Shown here piece after piece: positions 13,301 to 25,482 of a DNA stretch of 64,000 bases; within the stretch, counting starts at the first letter, position 1, and each line of letters opens with the position of its first letter. Made by a program: the position numbers and the translations under genes. The stretch is from Thalia democratica (Eukaryota). Location: positions 12,834,001-12,898,000 of the forward strand of contig OZ241827.1 of the NCBI GenBank assembly GCA_965202585.1. The letters are read 5' to 3'. The notes under the pieces are model-generated. The model was given only the letters and a program-made list of their open reading frames with translations, searched no databases and had not been told where the DNA came from.

Positions 13301-16300
13301 ATTATGTAAAAACAATCAAGTTTAAGTTTAATTATTAACTGCATGCGTTCAAAGTCCAATTGCTGTTATTTATATAACTTCCATTTTTTAATTATAAAAT
13401 TTTTATTAGCTTAAACTTTGACAGATTCAACTTAATAACATTAAAAAAATTAACTTAAACGTGGAAAACATTTTCCAATAAATATTAATTCTACCATGAC
13501 TTAGATCTTATTACTAATTATCTTATTCAATTACTAATATTTGTCTACTTGTTTTATCATTGTGTTTTTTATACTTCAAAGCCCACAAAAAATTCTTGCT
13601 TTCATCACAAAACACCTTTCAATTAACTATATAGTTATCTAAAACCCTTCATGAATGCGTTTAACATCTGAACATAAACAAGAAGTTAATAATCTAAACT
13701 GGGACAGAATAAAATTCACCGAAAGTTTATTGTCTTTAAAAAGTATTTATGTACATTTGAATTGGTGAAAAATAAACCCTCACTTTGAGACTTTAAAGTT
13801 TTTTAAACAATTTTTAAATTGGTAAAATATAATTTTAACTTTGAGTTGACTTTAAACAAAAGTCAAATACAAGTTTAAACTTAAAAATAAACAACAGAAA
13901 GTTTGTAGTCATCAAAAAGCATTTACACAAATAACCACTTTGAATTGCACTTATAACAAGAGTGCTTCAATATGCTTATTATATATATGAAACCCACGCA
14001 CCCATTATAACGTGGCAATTCAATTTCATATAATTACTATATAGAATTTAATTATTTAATATCATTGTCTAAAGTAGATTTATTTCTACATACTTTAAAA
14101 TAACTTACTTTATACATAAACGTTAATTACAATAACTTTGTTAAAAATAAAGTCTGAAACTACATTAAGTCATAAGATATTTAAATGGTTTGTGTTGGTG
14201 ATTAACAATTGAAGATTGTAAAAAATACAAAAACTAAAGCTATTTTTTTAGATTACGTGTGAATATGAATATATGAAATTAAAGATTACTTCAAAAATAT
14301 TTTTTCATACTTATACTACCGAAAACTTTTAAATTTAACGAGTTTTTGTGGCTTTGTTTCAACTTATGAATAATTAAAAAGATTTCAACTGTAAAATTGA
14401 TGTATTACGTTGCTTACTGATGCATTCGAATTTAAGCTTGTAAAAACAATTCGAAATATTTGTGATTAATTATGTGTCAATAATTGAAACCAACAGCTTC
14501 ATATATAAATTTATATAAAGCAAATTAAAATATAGAGTTGGTTTTTAATCCAAGTGTTGAATATCGAACAGACGAAAAACTTTAACTTTTCTTAATACAT
14601 TATTTCTTTGTTTCGACTACAAGGAAAACATTACTTTTGTTCTTAAAAATGTAAACCAAACAAAGAAAAAACAATTCTTAAATTATCCTCTTCAATTGTA
14701 CTTCTGTACTGAGAAATAATACGAAATTGCAAAGATTAGGGTGATTTGAGTACAAAAGCTGTTTTTTGTTGAAAGCCACAATATATAATAACAAGGTCTT
14801 ATTAAATTAAAATTGAAGTATATTGAAATATAACAAGTTAAGTATGTTACAAAGTTAAGGAAGGTTTTGGGGAGGGAAAGGCACTGATGCTTGTCTTAAA
14901 CAAAAGTAAAAATTATGTTTAATTTAATTAATTAAGAAAAAGTGTCAAAACTAAAAGACATGTGTTTCAAAATTAGAAAAAAATAGGACAAGAGAAAATA
15001 TTAGGTTGGAATTTTGGGTTAACTTAAACTTTGGGTTAACTTTAATTTAACCACTTTTGAGAAATTATTTTCATACGAAATAGTTTAAATTTAACAACTA
15101 CTCAACAAGTTTAATGAAATTCTTGTAATAAAAAACACTAATAAACTTTTAACCCGGATTATTAGATAATATTTTAGCTAGCTTTATATCAAAAAGCTCG
15201 TTATTAGTATTGAAGTTTATAAAAAAAATTAAATTTTATAACTTTTTTTTTTGTTTAACACATTTATTCCAAAATTCCAACCTAATATTTGCTTTTGTCC
15301 TATTTTTTTTTCTAATTTTGAAACACATGTCTTTTAGTATTGACACTTTATTCTTACTTTATTAAATCAAACTCAACAAACACTATTTTTACTTTTGTTT
15401 ATCACAAGCATCAGTGTCTGTCCCCACCCGAAACTTTCCTTACATACATAGTATTTGTTATATCTTAATATACTTCAATTTTACCACTTACTATTACCAC
15501 TTACTGTTTTAAAGTTTCTATTCAACTCATGTCTTTGCTTTTATCCTTCCCAGTCACCAGCGCCTCCTCACACCCAATAAACACAAACTTATTTTCGTGT
15601 TAATCACACTACATGAATTTAACAAACAGCACATGTGCACCTCATATGTGTATTTTTATATGGTTAATAATCTTATAATGTCACTACAAACCTCATCCTT
15701 GCTCTTGTCCTTGCCTGGCATCAAAGTCTCCCCAACCCCGGGCACCTTCTTTCCCCGGTTCCTGGCGATGTTCCTCATCCTCTGCACGTCGTTCTTCGCG
15801 ATCCGCTCCTTCTTCGCCGTCAACCGCTTCTCGAACTGGTCCTCCATCGGGTCTGTTTCACAAGAGGGGATTTTATTATGAGTTTTAAAATAATGTTTCA
15901 ATTAAGGGGATTTTGAATTATAAGTTTATACAGGCGGTTTATACTTATCAGTTTATTTTTGTACTTAAAATTTTAAGGGTTTTGTCCTCTATCGGATCTG
16001 TTTCATAGGAGGAGATTTTCATGTTATATGTTTTATTATGACGGGTTTTATGCTCTTACAGGATTGTTTATGTTTAATGCATTTTTAAAGCTTTATAATT
16101 GAGGGAATTTTAACTTATTTTTAAATTATGTCACGGTAATAAGAAAATTTCTTATTGGAAGCAACAAGATGTAACTAGTAAAATTATTAATCTTTCAATA
16201 AAATAGGTTACGAAACATTACTACTTACCAGCATTGCCGGGTATTTCAATGCACCATTCTTTAGTGTCGTCGTTAGCACGCTTGTAACCCCAATTTGGTT

Positions 16301-18526
16301 TGTATGACTGTAAAATACATTTTTTTATAATTGGCAAAAAAATATACATCTAGTCTATAAGATTAAAAATTTAGTTAAATACTAGGTTTAAGTAATGAAA
16401 AAAAAAAAATATATAATTAATTACTTAAGGTATCAGCTATATAAAATCAAAAAGCCTATTTAAGAGTTTGTTTATGTTCTACATGAGTTTAAGACCTTTT
16501 TACGAATAAATAACTATTTAAATTATGAAATTTTCGCTACTTAAGAAATTCTGTTAATGAATAAATATTAATAATATTTTTTTTAATTATCTTACTTTTG
16601 ACTTCTCGTCCCAAACCATACGTTCCTTTTTCTTTTTCTTGATACCCTGAAACAAAATAAGTTATAAAAATAAATACATTTTTTTAATTGTGTAAAACCA
16701 TCTGTCTAAAAAAGGCATTATTATACGTTTGTATAGATAATAAAAGTGACTGGTGTTGCTTCAAGCTTTTTAACGAAGAATTTTATTTTTATAGCAGTTT
16801 ACTACATCTTCTTTTTAACTATAAAAACTGATTTTTTTAACAACAATTCAAATAAAAATAGCTTAATTTCCAACCTTCAATTTGGCAAACTCCTGCCATT
16901 TTGTGAGTGGCTTGTCCTTTGGAATCTGTAAAAACATATTATTTTAATTATTAAGTTTTTAACAAACTTATTTGTAAATTTTTATCAACTGTAGTTTTTT
17001 TTATTGGTAAAAGCATCAAACTTAATTTCAGAAACAAATCCATAAATGATACAAATCTTATTTACAGCTGAATTTTATTCTATATATTAAAAATGTCTAT
17101 TACAATACAAAATGCTAATTAAACTTTAAATAATATCCATTTGTAAATTTGAAAACAAAACTTATAACTTACAGGTTTCTCTCTGGGCAAAACGGTGGTA
17201 CCAGCAGGCAACTGAAAAAAATTAATGAACTTATCAATATATATTAATAAACAATAATGTTTTAATTTTAATCAATAATTTTTTATTAAGTAGTATAAAC
17301 GGTAGAAGACAAACTTTAGATTTGTCATTAAATTTTTAATATTACAGTACTGAACTAAAAATAAAGTATTTCAGCAAAATAAAAAAATTAGTTAAAAAAA
17401 TTTAATTGAAACAAACATACTTTTGCAATGTAGACGTTGTCGACTCTTTCGATGGGAAGCTGAAATTATAAATAATTAATAAAATATTTGTTATTTAAAA
17501 TAATTAAGAGTTATATAAAAGTTTTATAACTATTCGCATTGCAAAAAAAAAGTGTTTTAAAAGTAGTAAATGTTTTCAGAAACAGTTTAGAATTGACTAA
17601 TATAACATAACATACAAAATAATCTATCTACAAATTCAGTACTTTTAAAGTAATACTTTTATAGTAGCACAAAACACAAAACAAATTATATAAAACCACT
17701 GTTTAAAAAAATTATCAAAAATTTATACATTTAGTAAATACTTGAAGAAAAATTAGTAATTTTGAAACTAATGCCACTTATTTCAAAGGCATGTTTTTTT
17801 TATGTTCATAACCTTAAAATAAATAAAACAAACAACTATTACAAACCTTCCACAAATGATTAGCTAGGACTTGCATGTTGTCTCTTGCCAGTTCTTTGAA
17901 GTATCTCTCGCTGTCCTCACTGTAGAAATATAATGAAACGTAAATTAATATTTTTATGCTGAAAGCTACTTGACTTATTTTTAGCCGATTAAATTTTTAT
18001 CGCATAGAAATTAACATAAAAAATTTAAAGGCGTAGTATAAGCTTTTTGTATGAGAAAATTTTACTCAGTTCTACTACAAATATATGATTTTTAGTAGGC
18101 TGTAAAACTATTTGAATTAAATATTTATTTGTCTTTCACACACAAACTTAAGAATTATACAAAACGCTGCAGTATAAACAATGTCTTTAATAAAAAGCTC
18201 CAATACATTTTTATTATTTCCGTAGTATATAACAGTACGATATCAAAGCTTACACAAATTCATTTCTTGATTTTTTAAATTAAGGTTTTCCTTGGAAAAC
18301 CAAACAACATAATTTTTCCGTTTTGCATTTTCAAACTAAGTAAAACCCAAAAAAAAACACTAAAAACTAACACGAATTTATCCACATTGTGCGGGTTGAC
18401 GTCGGTGGACAGCAAGTTACCGACGTCGCATTCAATCTCAATGGGTTTGTTGACTGAGATCAGCTTCTCACTCTGCAAGATCTCGTCGTTGATTTCCTTC
18501 TGTATCCTGTCTATGTCGCTCACCAT
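10302..18526 (-). CDS. RRS1: Ribosome biogenesis regulatory protein RRS1, 11 coding exons, 306 aa
   Basis: Exons 18526-18372, 17919-17847, 17459-17421, 17211-17173, 16925-16875, 16646-16596, 16307-16229, 15852-15692, 11231-11040, 10623-10586, 10344-10302. All introns are GT-AG and phases are consistent (921 nt). Motifs: DVGNLL, LARDNMQVLANHLWKLP, LPREKP, PLTKWQEFAKLKGI, WGYKRANDDTKEW, DPMEDQF, AKQSTASMG, G/K-rich C-terminus. Confidence 0.95.
11381..11480 (-). other. Duplicated acceptor and 5' part of RRS1 exon 9 (decoy exon with stop)
   Basis: Near-identical copy of 11197-11280. The acceptor gives an exon start at 11434 that reads LNKAFHHAEQSAASLAR* (TAA at 11383-11381). Confidence 0.8.
12940..13200. 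other. Cluster of four ATTATGACG-type motifs (two full TGACGTCA) in RRS1 intron 8
   Basis: Motifs at 12944-12953, 12980-12987, 13144-13151 and 13186-13195 in a CpG-enriched patch. Confidence 0.5.
14810..15484. mobile_element. Foldback/MITE-like element with ~210-bp diverged inverted arms in RRS1 intron 8
   Basis: 14810-15018 is the reverse complement of 15268-15484, e.g. AAAAGACATGTGTTTCAAAATTAGAAAAAA versus TTTTTTCTAATTTTGAAACACATGTCTTTT. Confidence 0.75.
15524..15580 (-). other. Degenerate duplicate of the 3' end of RRS1 exon 8
   Basis: Reads IGCEEALVTGKDKSKDMS*, versus GVGETLMPGKDKSKDE in exon 8. Confidence 0.6.
15948..16020 (-). other. Duplicated acceptor of RRS1 exon 8 (decoy with stop)
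   Basis: ...TGAAACAG|ATCCGATAGAGGAC (start 15997) mirrors the true ...TGAAACAG|ACCCGATGGAGGAC (15852). It reads DPIEDKTLKILSTKIN*. Confidence 0.7.
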
Positions 18527-18548
18527 TTTGTTAATTACTAATATTTGT

Positions 18549-18556
18549 CTGGAAAA
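18549..18556 (-). promoter_or_regulatory. 3' splice acceptor 22 nt upstream of the RRS1 ATG
   Basis: TTTTCCAG|ACAAATATTAGTAATTAACAAAATG. Confidence 0.55.
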
Positions 18557-19338
18557 CGTTAACAAATTTGAAAGGCGTTTCGTAGAAAAAATGCTTTTTT
18601 TTACTGTTAAAAATTAAAAAGAGAATGTTTATAAAAAGTTCGACCAGTTTGTAGAATTAACAGGTCTGAGCATGCAAAAATAACAACGTCTAAAAACTTT
18701 AGATTAAAATGTTAAAACTAGACTAAAAGTTAGTTATTGCTAAAAAGTCTTATAGAGTTACATACAAACGAACTTAAACCATTAAAGATTGTCCGAGTAA
18801 TTCATGAAAATAAAACTGAAAAACCACCACCTTTACGTTTTATAGTTTTTGACAAAAAACACTTATATATACATATATAAAATACTATTTTTAATTCTAA
18901 ATTGTTTGAATATGTTGATGGAATTTACAAAAGCAAGTTTGAAACTGAATTTAAAAGATTTTATATATTAATTCAGGCACTAATTGCAACTGTACTTGGA
19001 AAAAATGGGTCATGAATACTATATATAAGATATTTACACTTTTAAACATTCTATTAAAAGATGCTTGTTCATAAAAAAAGGTTTAGTCTATGTCAAAAAG
19101 AAGTTTACTATCTCAGAAAAACGGGTTGAATGGTAAGAAAGCATAAGTTTACTCTATATACAAATGCATGAACGGGTTAAAAATCGTATATCAAAAGTAT
19201 AAATATGCACAAAAGTAGTAAATATAGTTTGTGTAATAAAAAACAAAAACAGAGTTCCACAATAAGTTCATGAAAGCTTCCAAAGACCCTCATTGAACGT
19301 TTTACTTGAGGGAAAACCCCTGTTCAGCAACTCAACAC

Positions 19339-20853
19339 TTAAGCGGGGAGGGAAAGCTTCTTGCCCTTGAGCACCTTGGTGACGTACAGGTAGAAGAAGT
19401 CGCAGTAGAGGATGGTCTGAACGACGCCGGCAACGATGGCGATGAGGTCGAAGAAGCCCTCGCTGTGGTAGCGGTACACCCAGTTGAAGAGGTACAGGCC
19501 GCGGTACAAACCGAGAGCGAACAGGTAGTGGGTGGTGATGGTCTCCGCCTCGCCTGTTTGGAAAATTTGAACGTTAAGATGGAGTTATAACTTTATTAGA
19601 ATAATGTTATTTAATTGTGTACTTTAATTAGAGGGTGAAACAATGTTTTGTTATAAATTTTTTAAAATAAAAAACTTGTTTTTATTTGTAAAAACTTTAA
19701 AACTTTACCAATTGTTAATTTTATTTTTTTTAATTCTGTCTTTCATCATATAAAAATATTTTTTTAATAAGAATTTTAATAACTTACCAGTCTTGCTGAT
19801 CATGAACAGTTGGGGAAGGATGGCAACCGATTCCAAGTAGATGGAGAAAGTCCACAAGATCTCCAATGCGCTGAACTCGTGGTTGACCAGGAAGGCGAGA
19901 CCGCCAACGGGAACAATGAGAAATTCCGCCCTGTTGTGTGGAGAAATAATATTAAATATTTAGTCTAAGGGCAGTGACTAAACAACTGTGTGTTAAAGTC
20001 ATCTGACTTTAAGGTAGTTTTGTTATAAACAGATTGTATTGAAAAGAGGCCAATGTAAAATAAACTTAGTTTTGCCAAACATAAACTTACAAAAAATTTT
20101 ATAAGGATAAACTCAGTGATAAAAACCTTAAAAACTGTTTATAAACATAAAACTAATAATTGTTTATGAAATATTTTTTTAATTGAAATTAAATATAAAA
20201 TAAAAATCTCAAAAAATGTAATGCATACCTGAAAGTGTCGTGATTGCCGTCGTAGGTGGCCTTGAACTTGACGTAGACGAGGTAGACGGTGAAGTAGGCG
20301 CAACCGATGTAAATGCACTTCATTGTCGAGTTGTACAGCGAGATGAAGTTGGTGAACAAGTCCAAGTATCTGCGAGTGATAGAATAAATTATACAAACAC
20401 ATCTAAAAACTACATAGTACTTAGGATCAAGTTGAAATAAATTAGTATAATGATTGCTTTAAGCCTCGTGGTAAATGCAAACATTGGCTGTAAGTAGAAA
20501 CTTATAAAAAGATGGTGAATATATTATTCTTTAATTTTCAAATAAAATTTATAAGCAATCTTGTTTGTACACAAATCTTTAAAAGGTTGAAAACTTTATA
20601 TTCTAGTTAAATTTTCAAACTTGCTGCTTAATCATTGAGTTTTGAAATACTTTCAGATTTTTCTATAATCAATTAACAAATGTAAACTGTATAAACTTTT
20701 ATTTTTAAACTACCTAGTAGTGAAGACGAGAGCGAACAGGAACTGGGATTTTCCGCTGATGCCTGCGCAACTCCTGGTTTTCCAGATTTTCATCAGAAGC
20801 AAGATGATTGCCAGCAAGTGGCTCAAATCCCCGGCCAGTCTGAACACATTCAT
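19339..20853 (-). CDS. KDELR: ER lumen protein-retaining (KDEL) receptor, canonical copy, 4 exons, 212 aa
   Basis: Exons 20853-20714, 20369-20229, 19930-19788, 19553-19339 (639 nt, GT-AG). Protein [17 protein letters not shown]...[10 protein letters not shown]...RYLDLF...[11 protein letters not shown]...[22 protein letters not shown], with R5, H12, R47, R169, D193 and the lysine tail intact. Confidence 0.97.
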
Positions 20854-20874
20854 AGTGAATAATTAATAAATAAT

Positions 20875-20884
20875 CTGAAAGAAA
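20875..20884 (-). promoter_or_regulatory. 3' splice acceptor 21 nt upstream of the KDELR ATG
   Basis: TTTCTTTCAG|ATTATTTATTAATTATTCACTATG. Confidence 0.55.
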
Positions 20885-21717
20885 CGTTTGGTTGACAACT
20901 ATGATGGTTGTTTAACAGTTAAATTAGTGTGCAAGATTGAAGTGTTAAACAAGTACATGTACAGAAAACATATTTATGCCACATAATCTAATCTGCAAGA
21001 AAATAAAAAATGATTAACGTAAAAACATAATGTCTGTTTAACAGTTAAATTAGTGTGCCAACAGTTGCTTCAACTGAGCAAGTTTATAATGACATTTAGC
21101 CTGGGGCTATCAGCTTTACTACTTTAAGTAGCTGTGAAAATAAAACAAAAAACAAAACGGTAAGTTTAAAGAAGTTTAAAACTCAGCACATGGTTAAAAT
21201 AAAAACTTGTATATTTGTAGGTTTAGAACGGTACAACTTAAAATTTCAAACAAGTACACATACACAAGGAACATTATACCATGTACTCGCAAGTTTAATA
21301 CAAACAAATACTTATAAGAAACAACAAAAGTTCAAAAATATTAATGTTTATTTGACTGCTGAAGTTTCATGATTTAATTAATATCATATCTACTTAGATG
21401 TATCTAAAATTACAAAAGGCAGTTTAAACTCTATGTACATAATTATAGTTAGAACATATCATATTGAATAACTCAAAAACGTTAAAGTTATCAGCATAAA
21501 AAAGTAAGATATATGTAAATAAAAAACTATATAACTACAAAGTTAATCTCATTAGAAAAAGTACAGACACTTGCAAAATTTAATCAGCTTCGTTTATGCT
21601 TTGCATAGAAAAAACAACTAATTGCTTGAGAAAAACATCCAAAAAATACACTTATCTAGTATTTGATGTACTAAAAACATGTTTTTGAATCACAGAAACA
21701 TCCTTGAAACTCAAAAA

Positions 21718-22499
21718 TCAAACTGCAGCAGCCTGTGTTTCATCGTTGACCTCATTTTTGACGACAACATCAACTTTTCCCTGAGGCTTGTCATCAACGT
21801 TGGAAGAAACAACAACAACTTCATTTCTGGTTTCCAACAAGTCATTCTGCTCCAGCTGAAGGTACCCCCTAAGTCTATACTTACTCCCTCGGACTACTTT
21901 AGTCGCGTACATGTAGAAGAAAGGACAGTAAATAAGAGTTTGAACGATTCCACCACCTATTGCTATAAAATCATAGAACCCCTCGAGGTAGTACCTGTAC
22001 ACCCAGTTGGCAATGTAGAAAGCCCTGTACAAGCCGAGCAAAAATATGTAATGGAGCGTTATGGACTCGCACTCTCCCGTTTTGTTGAGCATGCAGAGCT
22101 GCGGGACTATTGCCACCGCTTCCAAGTAAATGGAAAACGTCCACATCACTTCCACGAACGACAGCTCGTGGTTTATCAGAACTGCTAGAATGAAACAAGG
22201 TACGAGCACCAAGTAGGACTTTTTAGGATTGTTTTTTCCGTTGTAAGTGTCTTTGTAGGTGCGGAAGGTCAGAAATACTGTCAGGTAGGTCAGGATGACA
22301 AAGAGGCACTTCATCATTGTGTTGTAGACGCTGATGAAGTTCGTGAAAAGGTCCAAGTACCTGGTGGAAAACACGACGGCGTAGAAGACCTGAGAAATGC
22401 CTGAGAGGCCGGAAACCGATCCGGTTCTGAATATTTTAACTAGAACACAACTATTGCCAATAAGTGAGACATGTCACCGATGAGCCTGAATACATTCAT
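21718..22499 (-). pseudogene. Intronless KDELR paralog A, with a 1-nt deletion near codon 19 (~22445) and an extended C-tail
   Basis: ATG at 22499 gives MNVFRLIGDMSHLLAIVV. The frame then shifts (14 nt where copy B has 5 codons) and is open to the stop at 21718. No introns at the parental positions. Could be a recent pseudogene or an assembly error. Confidence 0.85.
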
Positions 22500-23312
22500 G
22501 GTGTTTTCGTTTTATGTTTAGTGTGGACAAAAGCTTACTCTTTAGACTTTAAACAGTTTAGTGTTCTACTTGTAATTATTTGATAGAAAACCCATGAACA
22601 AGGTGAATGCAACAATTGACGTTTTAAAATCTTTCAACTGTAGTCCCAACTCTTTACTCTATTACAACCTATTAATTAGTTATAGTAGTACTTACAAATA
22701 TTATTAGTTTTTAAAAGCATTACCAAATAAAAACAAACTTTGTGAAACTTTTTAAGCAGTTAAAAGCAAACATGATTTGAAACTAAACAAATCTTATGGC
22801 TAAAAATATAGAAGCACCTTGTGTTCAAACAATCTTGATTAAAAAAACTAAATGTTTTTAAGAATGAGTTATAGAAAACAACTTAAACTAAATTTAGTAA
22901 TATTCTACATGGTTAAGTGCATGACTATAAATACATGTTGATTTCGAAAAAAATTTTTGATTTCAAAAAAACTGCAATATTTTGTTCATGATATACTAAA
23001 TACCATATTTATGTAATGTGTGTGTAATGGCAGCTTAAGTACAATGTGAGATTAGTTCAACAAAACATATTAAATTTAAAAATACAAAATGGTGTTAAGG
23101 CTATATAAATTTTATTAGTAAACCGCACATAATTACAAAAATTCACTTTAAATTCATATGTTTGAAAATTTAATAAAAAATACTACAAAAAGACATTTGG
23201 CTCTACAAAACTTAATCATGTTTATCTAGCCACACTACAGTTTTTGGCTTTTTAATGTTCCAAACTTTCATGTAAAAAAATTATTTATTTAACTTGAATA
23301 TACTGAAACAAG

Positions 23313-23460
23313 TCAAACAGCAACTGGTTTATGATCTGGAACCAGCTTCAACTTAAATTTTGACACCACGTCCACTCTTGAATCATGTATGTCATCAACC
23401 TTGCTTGAAACTGACATTTTTTATGTTTATTTTTTACGTCCTGAGAATCTCTCTGCTGGG
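23313..23460 (-). pseudogene. Relic C-terminal tail of a paralog-C-type KDELR copy
   Basis: Reads QQRDSQDVKNKHKK(fs)MSVSSKVDDIHDSRVDVVSKFKLKLVPDHKPVAV*, homologous to the copy C tail QSDPQEVKNKRVSSKVEDVLDSRVDVV. Confidence 0.75.
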
Positions 23461-23755
23461 AAATTCCAAATTGTATGTTTATAACTATTGCTAATACAAA
23501 TTAGATAAAAGTGGTGAAATGATAAAAAATGTCAAGGTTATCACTCAAAATATCAAAAAATTTAAACAAAATTCAGTACAAAAACAAGATTAAGCTTAGA
23601 GCGAAAAAGTACAGACACATGCTCTATTTAATTTGCTTCATTTTTGCATCGAAAAACTTAATTGATAAAGAAGTACATCTAAAAAAAGCTAATTTTCCAC
23701 AATTTACATCCTAAAAGCATTTTTGGATAACACAAACATCATTCAAACTCAAAAA

Positions 23756-24535
23756 TCAAACTGTAGTAGCTAGCGTTTCTTTGTTGATCTCATTTTTCAA
23801 CAAAACATCAACTTTTCCTTGAGGCTTGTCATCGACGTTGGAAGAAACAACAGCAACTTCGTTTCTGGTCTCAAAAAAATCACTCTGCTCCAGCTGAAGG
23901 AACCCCCTAACCTTATACTTATTTCCTATGACCACTTTAGTTGCGTACATGTAGAAGAAAGGGCAGTATGTAAGCATTTGAACAATACCACTGCACAAGG
24001 CAATATCGAATTCCATTACTTCAAAGTACCAGTTCACAATGAAGAAAGCTTTGTACACGCACAGACAAAATATGTAATGGAAAATTACAGGCTTGCACTC
24101 TCCCGTTTTGTTCAGCATCCAGAATTGCGGAGCCATTGCCACCACTTCCAGGTAAAACGAAAACGGCCGCATGACCTCCGTGAACGCCAAGTGTTCGTTT
24201 ACCAGAAGCGCTAGAACCAGACAAAATATAAGGATGAAGTAAAACTTTTTATGATCGTTTTTGCTGTCGTAAGTCTTTTTGTGGGTTTTGAAAATTAGAA
24301 AAACCGTCAGGTAGGTCAGGCTGAAGTAGATGCACTTCATCACTATGCTGTAGACGCTGTACAAGTATAGGAAGATATCCAGGTACCTGGTGGAAAAGAC
24401 AATGGCGTAAAACACCTGGGAAATGCCTGAAAGACCGGAAACTGATCCGGTTCTGAGGATTTTAACCAAGAGGACGTTTATTGCAAACAAGTGAGACATG
24501 TCTTTCATCAATGTTAAGACGTCCATGGGAACCAT
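23756..24535 (-). CDS. Intronless divergent KDELR paralog B, 259 aa, intact ORF
   Basis: Single ORF collinear with KDELR (DMSHL, SGISQ, RYLD, YLE, PQ, TGE, HY, YCPFF), plus a 47-aa tail ending -ATTV. Flanks are homologous to those of copy A (~2-kb duplication unit). Confidence 0.88.
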   Translation of the reverse strand: MVPMDVLTLMKDMSHLFAINVLLVKILRTGSVSGLSGISQVFYAIVFSTRYLDIFLYLYSVYSIVMKCIYFSLTYLTVFLIFKTHKKTYDSKNDHKKFYFILIFCLVLALLVNEHLAFTEVMRPFSFYLEVVAMAPQFWMLNKTGECKPVIFHYIFCLCVYKAFFIVNWYFEVMEFDIALCSGIVQMLTYCPFFYMYATKVVIGNKYKVRGFLQLEQSDFFETRNEVAVVSSNVDDKPQGKVDVLLKNEINKETLATTV

Positions 24536-25482
24536 GTTTTATGCTTGGTGCATACAAAAACTTACTATTCAGACTCAAAACAGTTTAGTGTTCTGCTTGT
24601 AATTAGTAACTATGAGACCATGTACAAGATGAAAAACAACACTTGAGGTCTAAAAATCTTCTTAATAATTAAGTCTTAACTTTGTTACAACCTGTTATGT
24701 ATTAGAGTAATATTTACAAATTTCATTATTTTTATACTTCATTACTTAGTTATACTAGCAGTTACAAAACATATTTTTTTAAAGCCATTACCATAAACAA
24801 TTACATAAACATATGAAATTTTGAAACAGTAAAAGGTGAACATGATTTTATACTAAACAAATCTTATAGGTTAAAATATTGAAGCAATTGGTGTTTAAAA
24901 AAACTTGTTCAAAAAACTAAATGTTGTTTAGAATGAATTATAGAAAACAACTAAAACTAAATTTAGTAATATTCTGCATGATTAAATGCATTATTATAAA
25001 TAAATGTTGATGTACTGTTACTTTAATTAAAAAAATTATTAACTCGTTTAAGGAGTTATACCCAACAACAAGTTACAATTATTAAAAAGCCTAAATTGCT
25101 AACAGGTTCAGTTTTATGGTATAAAAAAAAACAATTTCAAAGCAAATTATTTCTTTAACTTTTTAATTTCAAAAAAGCTGAAAATTTTTGTTCAAGCTTT
25201 ATGATTTACTTAATACCATCTTTGTGTAGTGTGTGTTAGGCAGCTTAATGCAGTGTGAGATCATTTAAACAAAATATATTTTTTAAAAGCAAGTGGGTAA
25301 AACAAAATTTTTTATATGATGGTAGGCTATACGAGTTTATCAAGTGAACCAAACATAATTAGCAAAAAAATGCACCTTAAACTTAAATATACTTAAGACT
25401 TAAGACAAAACTTACTGAACTTACTGTATCTTATTACTACAAACTAATAAGCCACGCTAAAATATTTAAATGTTTTATGGCT

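Noticed and set aside
11050-18617. Plus-strand ORFs at 11050, 15597 and 18387
   Set aside because: Antisense to RRS1 exons.
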